From assembly GCA_964016885.1 (NCBI GenBank), contig OZ024745.1, forward strand, positions 47,182,001 to 47,246,000: a stretch of 64,000 nucleotides of DNA. Direction: 5' to 3'. A model generated the notes under the pieces. The model was not told where the DNA came from, did not search any database, and saw only the letters and a list, made by a program, of their open reading frames with translations. This document shows, piece by piece, positions 38,240 to 48,518 of the stretch (the stretch's first letter is position 1; each line of letters begins with the position of its first letter). A program made the translations under genes and the position numbers. Origin of the DNA: Eledone cirrhosa. Lineage: Eukaryota.

Positions 38240-39137
38240 CTAACCTAAGTTTGAGACCTGTTCTTGAGTAATTTGGGGCCGCTAAGTTTAATGGCCTTGA
38301 ACAGTTGCTGAAGAATATTGAAGCAATCAAACCCATCAAGGTTTCTTCATACTCAGAAACTACCTTTCGATTCCTAAGCTTCTGTATCTGCTCAGGGTCA
38401 GCCCTTCTCACAGATTTCCGTCCTGTCTCCAACGCTTCGACAACCTAATCTTCGAAAGACTCGAGTGTCTGGTAAATGTTCGACTCTCCCCAGAGTCCCG
38501 CGATCAGGCTGCATTGCCCAAGTGATTTGAGAGTCTTGGTCTTCGTAAATGTTCGTACCTCTCTCTCTCCCTTGCTTCCTTTCCTCCAGCCACGCTTGCT
38601 CCACCCTATTGAGCAACACCCCATCCTCTCCAACATGGACTAGTTCCAACAGAGAGTTGGATGAAGCTCTCCAACAATGGAGTGAGTTGGGCTTGTCTGT
38701 TCCTGAGAAGGTGGAGTACAATCGAAGTCAGAGCTTGGGACAGCATAAGTTTGAAGGCCACATTCGACTCTCTCTTTGTCCAGTTGGATCAGTTTGCAAG
38801 GTGCCACTTACTATCTGCCAGCGTCAAATACTCAGGTGACTGGGTTGATGCCCTACCCATGGCTAATGTTGGTGGCCTACTCAGCTTGGACGAACTTAGT
38901 GTCTCCATTGCTCTCAGAGTGGGAGCTGACGTCTGTACGGGTTTGAGGTGTCGATGTGGCAAACTCCTCGACTCCACGGGCCTACACAGTTTTTTTTGAC
39001 GCCCGAACGCAGGTCGCGTCACACAGAGCTAAACCTTATTCTCAAGAGAGCTTTGGCCCGGGCAAATATCCCCTCAATCTTGGAACCATCTGGGTTATCC
39101 AGGAATGATGGGAAAAGGCCTGACGGCATTATCCTGT
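38240..39137 (+). mobile_element. CRE-clade retrotransposon internal part (post-RT, zinc knuckle, RLE start), frameshifted
   Basis: PKLLYLLRVSP; SGDWVDALP...ALRVG...CRCGKLLDSTGLH; RHTELN.ILKRAL...EPSGLSRNDGKRPDG. Confidence 0.8.
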
Positions 39138-39153
39138 TGCCCCAGAAAATAGA

Positions 39154-39224
39154 AACCCTAACCCTAACCCTCAATCATAACCCTAACCCCCAACCCTAAC
39201 CCTAACCGCAACCATAACCCTAAT
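39154..39224. repeat. Degenerate interstitial telomeric repeat (CCCTAA)n, ~11 units
   Basis: Direct reading; bracketed by ttgccccag / ctgggggtaa. Confidence 0.85.
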
Positions 39225-39778
39225 CCTGGGGGTAAAAAAATTGATTGCGAGGTCAGACTAGTTATAGCAGACTAGATAGCACATAAAAAAATTGAAGAAA
39301 AATAATTATTTCCCACCAAACTAGATCAGCGAAACTCTGAAGGTCTTTCCGCACCCTCTCCCTTTTCTTGAAAGGTAGTCATTTACAACTGGTTTGGAGG
39401 TCATATTCGTTAACACGAGGAAAAATAAATTTTTTTTTAAAACATGAAAAAAATTTTAAACCTGAAATTGAAGGGGTGTTATAAATACCATATAATGAAA
39501 CAAGGTAGCAAGAAAACATTCAAATATATTGCATTTAACTTATTACAACCCCATCTCTCTCTCTGTACATATATATATATACATAAATATAAGTACTTAT
39601 ATTTAAGTAACAGCCGTATTAAGAGTGAGAAATGAAATTTCGTTTCATTTTTTCCGTTTATCGTTTTCGGTACCCCGGCTGATTAACTCACTCGATATGC
39701 AAATTAGGCTGCTCAACCGTTAATATGCATAAGGAAAGTATATACTTTCAGATGTTCAATCATCTGGCAGGAAGGTAT

Positions 39779-39821
39779 ACGTTGCTGACGATAGCTAATA
39801 AGCTTGAAACTAGTACAGCGT
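39779..39821 (+). ncRNA. Minimal type I hammerhead ribozyme (octamer family 2)
   Basis: ACGTTG-CTGACGA-T AGCT AATA AGCT T-GAAA-CTAG-TA-CAGCGT: intact core, palindromic CTAG stem III, GUA triplet. Confidence 0.8.
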
Positions 39822-40849
39822 TCCTTTGTCAGTGTTGAACAAATGAGCAACGATGGTTGCTAGACACTGTACGGCTTAATTCGGGATGTTTGTTTACAAA
39901 CACACCGGGCATTATAATAAATGTTCGGTGAATCCATATGTACATATATATGTGTGTGCATGTATGTATATATATATATATATACATACTACTGTACGTC
40001 TGTATACATATATGTATGTACGTATATATACTTATATTTAAGTAACAGCCGTACTAAGAGTGAGAAATGAAATTTCGTTTCATTTTTTCCGTTTATATAT
40101 ACATATATATATGGAAAACTGTACTATTAGACAATGTAAACTAAGTGAATATTTAAATGAATATTTAAACACAATTTTGCTCCTTTAAACAATAGAACTG
40201 CTTGTTTGATAGGCCTCAACGCTATGAAATAGTCAACAGCGATAAGTACAATAAACAAAGTAATGACATGGGACATTAAAAGATGAAATAGCCACCAGCG
40301 ATAAGTATGACAAACAAGGTTATGACATTGACATGGAAAGAAGACAGAAAAATAATAGAACAAAAAAGTAGCAGCAGATGTCTTTCAACAGGGAAGAAGA
40401 CAAAATATGAGACATAAACAAGGACAATGAACGGTAAGTTAAAACAATGAAACAATTTAAACTGAAAAACAAACAGGAAAAGGATAGCAAACATAAAGAA
40501 TGTCAAAGGTAGGGCTTAGTTTTAAGGCTTTATAGAAAACACTTAAACTATTGACCAGATAATCTGATAGTTTATTTCATATTGGGATTACTCTAACATG
40601 TTTTTACATATCTAATCTAAGGCATCCAACATTTTCTTTTTTTTAAGAATGACCTTTTGTGTTAGAATTTATAATTCTGATTTTATGTTTGTTTTTAATA
40701 GCTGTTTAAATTTCATGAGATATCCATTTAGGGTATATGGTATCATTAGAGGTGAGATTTTTCACTATTGTATCTTGAATAGAGTTTTTCTGGTTTCAAC
40801 TGTTCCGACAAACCAGAAAATCAGTTACTCAGTTCTAATTGAAAATGTC

Positions 40850-41600
40850 TGAGTTACTCTGTTGTTCATGGTGGAATTTGGGATTACTTTTTTGTTTCCG
40901 TGGCTATAAGAAATTAATTCTGACCTTTGTTCTTACCAATCTATTATTTGATAAGTCAGGCATGCTGAGAGGCCATGCTGTCCAGAACATTTTGACAAAT
41001 GAAAGACGTGTGTGTCTGAATGAAATTGATCTGATTTTTTTTTTTTTTTCAACAGATGTCCATGTCTGAAGCTTTTTCTTTTGAAATATGGAGTTGGTCA
41101 TGGTCAAATCTTTTCTAGTACAGAATTATGCCAAGAGTTCACTATGGTCATAAGCATTCCCAAGAGTATGTTTACCAATGGAAGATAGATAATTTGTATG
41201 AAGAATCCTTATTTTGCAATTAAAGTCTCCGATACTAAAAAGATGATGTCTAATATGTTGTCTACGATAGACTGAATTTAATTCAATAACTGGATTTAGT
41301 TCAATAACTTCTTCATCAGGATGAGAGATTGTTGGGAATAGCATTGTATGATGTAATTTTTGAAAACTTTCTCTTCAGATTCACCATAGAAAGTATGTTG
41401 GATATGAGATCATAGTTATCAATGAAAGGAACAGGATTTACAGACAAAAAATCCAACACCATTAGATTGAAAGATATTGTTGCTGGGAAAAAGTAGTCAT
41501 CAATATTACTCTTAGGTGGTTTCAATATTTGTTTCAGATAATCCAATGACACTCCAGTTCATGTCTTCCTCAAGTGTATCAACATATTTAAGTTTGTTTA
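40850..41600 (-). pseudogene. Decayed RTE-type AP endonuclease
   Basis: SIGDFNCKI...IGKHTLG; LTMTNSIFQKK..TWTS; NQIDFI; NNRLVR. Confidence 0.6.
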
Positions 41601-41949
41601 TTGTTCTGTGGTTGTAAGTACATACATTTGGGTTTGCTATAAACAATCAGAGGAATTAAGATATTCCTCTGATTGTTTATAGCATATCAGTCTGGGGTTA
41701 CTAGCTTTCTCCCCTAATTATCCCTGTCATATCAATCTGGGGCTGCTGATGTGCCTTCCTGATCACATGGTAAGCGTCCGGAGGTGTTCAGTGTTGGCCT
41801 CAGAATCTTTGATTTTACATTTTCTGTTAACTTTATCAGCTTACTCTCCCATGCTGGCTTAGGAGAAATTGGAAGAAGGTGTTTTTATTTTGACATCATC
41901 ACTAGGAGATTGTCTTACTGGATCACCTCACAAGTAGTATTATGCTGCT

Positions 41950-43420
41950 CTAAAATAGTTGAAAGCAAAACCAAAGAATATAAGCTGGGGTATAAAAGAC
42001 CAGCAAAGAGCATTGGGCCAAATTTTATGAAGAACTCTACTTTAATGACTCTCTTATAACTTGTATTGATGCATTATTATGATCCTATTCCACCAATTAT
42101 AAAATCAGAAATAGAATACTCAATTGTAAATTTGAACTCGGTAAGAGTCCAGGATTAGCTAACATCTACTGAGAATACCTCAAAACTGGTGAGAAACCTT
42201 AGTGAGTACCTTACTACATCTTTTCATTCAAATACTAATCAGTGGCTCAATATCTCAAGCCTTTAAAGAAGCACTTATAGTGATTATTTTCAAAAAAGAT
42301 AGCCAACTGGATTGTGACAACTAGCATCCAATCAGCTTCTTAAGTCATGTTTATAAACAATTTATTAGCATCATTACTTCATGTGTGATTTCTTCACATC
42401 CTTTCCTGTATCTCAAGCAGCATATCAATATGGTAGAGGTACAGTTGAACAAATAATTGCCTTCAAACAAATTATTGAAAAATCAACCAAATTTAACAAC
42501 CCAGTATAGATAGCATTCATTGATTTCACTAAAGATTTTGATAGTGTGGAACTCCCTAGTCTCTTGAAACTGTTTGATAACACACGCCTCAAGAAGAGAT
42601 ACAAAAAACTCCTAAAGTAAACTTATGATAAGTCAATAGTAACAATAAAAACAGACACTAGGATCTTCAGGCATGTCAACATCTTCAAAGGTGTAAAACA
42701 AGGTAACATCCTTTCAGCTTTACTCTTCTGCATTGTCATAGCATTGATGCAACTCAGGTTTCTTTGTCAGTGACCAGCTACTGTCAAATCTTAGCTACAA
42801 TGAGGAAATAGCTGCTGCAAACAGCTCTAGTCAAAATCTGCAAAAGTACTTCTAGCTAGATATGCAGATGTTTGTATACATCTCCAAAACCAAATGTATG
42901 TCAACAGATAAGAATAATCAACCTCTACACCTTACAAGTTTCAGAACTTGTCTATCTAAGCCATAAACTGTCAAACACAAATGATGGTTCTGTTGCAGTT
43001 CGTCACAGAATAGGTTCAGGCTGGGCAGCTTTTAAGGAAAATAAGAAACTTTGAACCTCAAAATGGATCCTGCTTTATATCAAATGTAAAATCTATAACT
43101 CGTATGTCATATCTGTCTTCTTTTATAATCTCGAATGTGTGAGCTGCACATTATCTATCATTAGTAAAATTGAGACCTATCAAAACCATATTATCAGATT
43201 CATGGCAAATCACAAACTATTCAACCATGTAAAACTTTCAAAAGGGTCTTTCTGAAACATGTATAGAGGGTATGATTCAGGGTAAAAGAAATAGGGGTAT
43301 ACATTGCCTGGTCCAGATTTATATGAACTAAGCAAAGATATGCAAAATAGGAAATTTTGGAAGGAATTAGGTCATGTTAATGTGCAATCTGCTACAAGCA
43401 GAAACAGTGAATGTTGATGA
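41950..43420 (+). pseudogene. Decayed RTE-type RT and C-terminus
   Basis: FKKDSQLDCDN*HPISFLSHVYK, AFIDFTKDFDSV, KGVKQGNILSALLF, RHRIGSGWAAF. Confidence 0.7.
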
Positions 43421-43524
43421 CATATGTATATATATATATAATCACACTCTACTACCCCAAGTATAGAGTACTCTGGTGATTAATAGTCTAACAGGTTTTT
43501 ACTGCATCCATTCTGATATATATA

Positions 43525-44212
43525 TCATCATCATTATCATCACTGTTTTATGTCTGTTCTTCCACGCTAGCATGGGTTAGATAGGTTGTCCTGTTGTGGG
43601 CAGTAGCCAGTCGGCTGACCATGTCTTGTTCATACGGGAACTGATTCTGGCTTTATTTCTACAGCTGGGTGCCCGTCCTAACACCAACCTCATTTACAGT
43701 GTGGGCTGGGTGCTTTTTTGCCGTGGCACCTCCAAGACCACTTTGCAGTGGGAGGGTGTGGGGGCATATTTCTATATGCTTCAGCTTCGGCTTGTACCCA
43801 TGGGGGGGTCAGGTCTTCTGTATTACTGCATGACGCCAGATGTCACGGTCGTGTGTCATCACCATTGAGAGGTGTAATTGGGTAAGGTCGGCTTTTATCA
43901 TCTCATCCCAGGTCTTCTTGGGTCTCTCCACTCCGCGGCTTCCATCGACTTCTAGTACTCTGCACCGTTTTATGCAGCTGTCATCCTTCATACCAACGCA
44001 ACCTCCTCTCCTGCACACAGCATTTGATTCCTCTTATACTCAGTCTCTCTCACAATTCGTTTATGCTTTGCCGTTCGCGTATATTACTATTACACATCCA
44101 TTGGAGCATGCAGGCTTCGTTTCTTTCTAATCTACGCAAGTCTTCTACAGACAGCGCCCATGTAACATTGCTGTTTGTATACACGCATCGTACAGTCTGT
44201 CCTTCATTTTGA
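43525..44212 (-). mobile_element. RTE subfamily A 3' fragment with deletions
   Basis: Matches 15660-16420. Confidence 0.85.
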
Positions 44213-44314
44213 GGGAAAAAATATATATATATATAGGAAAAAGTATGACCCCGACGGCAGAGCTCAAGCCGTTTCGTATATATGTATCTATATACACACA
44301 CACATGTATCGATG

Positions 44315-44348
<34 letters not shown>

Positions 44349-44409
44349 CCTATCTACCACTATCTACCTATCTATCTACCACTATCTATCTATCTATCTA
44401 TCTATCTAC

Positions 44410-44772
44410 CACTTTGGAAGAAGAATCAGGGTGGAGAGAGAGGTGCTGTACCCCAGCAAGTTTTATGAAAGGTGGGTGAAAGTGGCGAGAATGGCCCGAG
44501 TGAATGGGCCTTCTCTCTATATCAGCCTGTAGGTTGAGGAAAAGGAGGAGGAGAGGAAAGGAGTACAAGCTCTTCGTACTCCTGGAGATGAGGGTTGCAC
44601 ATTTTTTTTCGGGGGTATGTGTTACCCATATAAACTGTCTCCCTCTATTGGGGAAAATCGACTAACTTTTAAATTCCCTCTGTGATAACATTTTACACGT
44701 TTTTATTGTATGTAAACTTCCCCCTTTGTATTTGTCCCCTTCTTTTGTGCCCCTGTGGCTAATAAAGAAACA
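44410..44772 (+). mobile_element. L1/Tx1-like LINE 3' end within (TATC)n
   Basis: RRIRVEREVL...FYERW...* then UTR and AATAAAGAAA; flanked by TATC repeats. Confidence 0.45.
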
Positions 44773-44778
44773 TATCTA

Positions 44779-44856
<78 letters not shown>

Positions 44857-45021
44857 ATACAATAACAGAGATAGCTTAAAGCTAAACTCTGACTGGTAAC
44901 CATCTCACTCAACAAACATTAGGTTATATGTTAGTATAACCCAATTTAAATGTTTGGGGTGCTAACTATATGTATTATGTGGAAAGCCAGTTGTATTATT
45001 ATATGAGATATAATTAAAGTT

Positions 45022-45084
<63 letters not shown>

Positions 45085-46559
45085 TACAATATATGTCATC
45101 ATCCGTTTTATGTCTATTTTTTTAATGCTTGCATGGGTCTTTTCCTGCACAGTTTCCCTCTCTTTGTTACACCCCTTCATCATCTCCTCTGTAAGGTTTA
45201 GGGTTTTGAGATTCCGACTTACCACTTCTGTCTAGGTTTTTCTTGGTCTTCCCCTGCTGTGTCTTCCTTCGACTGTCTTTCTGCTATTTTTTTTTTTTTT
45301 ATAAGGTAAAAAACAAAACAAAAAAAAAACGATAAAAAAGTTTCTTTTCAAAGAAATGTTCTGTGTTCATGTTTCTGTTTTTTTTATTATTATTATTCCA
45401 CTCAATTGAGATAAACACTTCAATAACATACAGTAAGATAGGAAATACTTCTAAACATACTTCCCTGGTACGATCAGAGCTATTAATATACATCATCCGT
45501 TTATGAACGATATACTTCCTCCTTCTAATCTACTTCAAGGTCATATTGTATGCCAACACAGTAATCATTATTAACATCATCATCATCATCGTTATCATCA
45601 TCATTGTTGATGTTGTTTTCTATGTCCGTTTTCCATGCTGGCATAGGCTGGATGGATTGTCATGGTCTGTGACTAGATAGGAACAAAGAACCAAGTCTTG
45701 CTCATATATTCTATTTTTGGCATGGGTTCTACAGTTAGATGCCCTCCCAAATGCCAACCACTTTACAGAGTGTAACAACTGCACTTTGTTGTGGTTCCAG
45801 CACTACAGCTTACAGAGTGTACTGGGTGTATTTCATTGTGGCACTGATACTGTTGTTTACAGAGTGTACTGGATGTATTTTATCATGTCACCAGGAGTAA
45901 TAAATAGAGAGTGTGCTGGGTGAATTTTATTGTGGCACCAATACTACCACTTTACATTAATAAAAAAAAATTTATTAAAAAAAATTAATTTTCACACCAT
46001 AGTTCATAAAACAATAAATGAGCAATAGTTCAAATTGTAAGGTGAATACTAGTACAGGCATGTACTAGAGTTTGCTATGCAGCCACATGGTTTCATGTTC
46101 AGTTTTGGTACATGGTACTTTTGGTAAGTGTTTTCTACTAAAGTTAAGAGGGAGTATGGTAGCTATAAACTAGAGGAATCCAACTGCATACATATATGAT
46201 GGCTACAACTTGATTTTGAGTAATGCCATCGCTTGATACTTAAGCATGAGTATCACGGACGTGGCTTTTTAGTTCTGCTAAGGACTTGCCTATGGCCAGC
46301 TATACCATGCATAAGAAAAAATGTCACATATCAAGTAATGACTGTGCTTGAAGCGTTTTTACGTGAAGAAAGGCTTTGCATGGGGCCAATCCCACTCTCT
46401 GAACATTAAATGCATTTGCCCAAAAAGAAGAAATGGTCTACATAATTGGATGCAAACAAGGTTGCAGGTTTTATATCAGAGTGACTTTCTCCTAGAGAGA
46501 TATCTTAACATACATATGCACACACACACACACCTACATACATATATGCATACACACAT

Positions 46560-47110
46560 GCATACATATATACATGATGGCTGCCCCCTCGTTATAGAGT
46601 ATGGCCATTGCACGATATACCATTATTAATAATTATTAATTAATTCTATCGTGCAACGCCTGTGCATGAAAATATTTTTTAAAGTGAGGAAAGACTGTGC
46701 ACTGAGCCAATCCCACTCTCTGAGCGACAGTAGCTATAGCCCTAAAAGAAGAAAAGATCAACATCATCGGTAACTACTGAGCTGCAGGTTTTATATCAGA
46801 GTTATCCCAGTTCCTGAGTTGCCTTCTCCTAGAAGAATGCCCTGACAAAGACTAGGGGTCCTTCACTCCCAGTACTTTAACCACGCGTTACATGTGTATA
46901 TACATATTTACACACTTTCGGCTGGCCGTTGACTCTTATGAGTTCTTCCGCCCTTTGTCAGATTTTGTTTTTTGTCCTGCAGGGTGTCCAAAATCACCCT
47001 CCTCACCAAGTAAAAACTTGGTGGGGTTGCCGGTTTAGTCGCCGACGACTCGACCATGCAACAGGTTGTACTGGGTTACATGTTACCAGTAGCACTCAAG
47101 AGTGACCCAA
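46560..47110 (-). mobile_element. Non-autonomous element with RTE-like 5'UTR motif and (ATGT)n tail
   Basis: TCTAGGAGAAGG..AACTCTGATATAAAACC block; flanked by (CATA)n; partial copies at 24640-25015 and 46195-46500. Confidence 0.5.
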
Positions 47111-47703
47111 CATACATACATACATACATATATACCTGATAGACTTTTTATACCTCAGCAATATCAACTTTAGGAGTAACTTTTGTTATCTTTACAGCCA
47201 TTGCAATAATGTTTTCTTGGTAACCAGGTGATGGCACAGCCAGTCCACTCTCCAAGTGGTGCAGTGAAGAAATGCACCTTGGACACTCTGTAAGGTGGTG
47301 AGTGTCAGGAAAAGCATCCAGTTGTAGAAACCATGCCAAATATGGAACATATGCACAAGGTGTGGTCATTTGACCGGTTTGATCCTCAGAATGAAACAAC
47401 CTGACCAACTCATGCCAGACATATCTATTTGGGTGTTCAAGTCTAGATATCTTGCTGAATATGTTTTGCTGAGAAGATTTAATGAGATCAAAACATGTCT
47501 GTTGCTTTTACTTACTTGGCTTGTAAACAAATTCTACTCCAACTGCATTATTTTAAATTACTCCAAAAGCCTTGGATCATCTCCAGCAACAGATGTTCTT
47601 TCCCTTGCTTACTTCTCATTATCTGAATACCTTTACAAGGAGTTTCAGTCTTGAAATTATGAGAATAGTCTCAGATGATTGAAGTTTTTATCCACTTCAA
47701 GAC

Positions 47704-48155
47704 TGGCAGTGTCGGTAGAGTGTTGGGCAACATGCTTCATGGCTTAGAGTTATGGCCCTTTAAGTTCTGATTTCAAATCCCATCGAAGTTAGCTTTGCCT
47801 TTCATCCTTACAGGGTCGATAAAATAAAGTACCAGTCACTCACTGGGGTCGATTTAATCAACTTTCCCCCACCCCAAAATTGCTGGCCTTGTGCCTAAGT
47901 AAGAAACCATTATTACTGATATCCGGTGGATTGGCAGTAAACCATTATTACTGATAATGGCGGTGGATTGGCAGTATCGGTAGAGGGTCGGAAGCCATGC
48001 TTTGCAGCATAGTTACGTCCCTTTACGGTCTGAGTTCAAATCCCGCCGAGGTTGACTTTGCCTTTCATCCTTACGGGGTCGATAAAATAAAGTACAGTAA
48101 TACACTGGGATAATTGCTGGCCTTATGCCTAAAGTAGAAACCATTATTACTGATA
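47704..48155 (+). mobile_element. Two tandem SINE family 1 copies (47704-47915, 47958-48155) with an abortive head between them
   Basis: aaaccattattactgata recurs three times, at the tails and junction. Confidence 0.85.
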
Positions 48156-48518
48156 TCCATTTAACTATGCCATTTACCACCTCCACCATCACCCCTCCTC
48201 TACTACCACAAATAACAACAATCCGATCATACACACATTTAACATAAAACAAATTTATATATTAGTCTCAATCAGTAAAATGTGCTTTTTGTTATCTTGT
48301 ATGTGTATTTGTGTATGGTGTTAACTAGTATGAACATGACAGAAACATTTTTTAAAATTTGGAATTAGATTACACACACCTATATGATATATCTGATATG
48401 TAAATACATACATATACGGATACTCTGTTCCCCCACTGCTTATTAATTTTTCAGATTATGCTCATACCCCCCCCACCCCCACCCACACACACACACTTAG
48501 AAAATCGTGCTAATCTAT

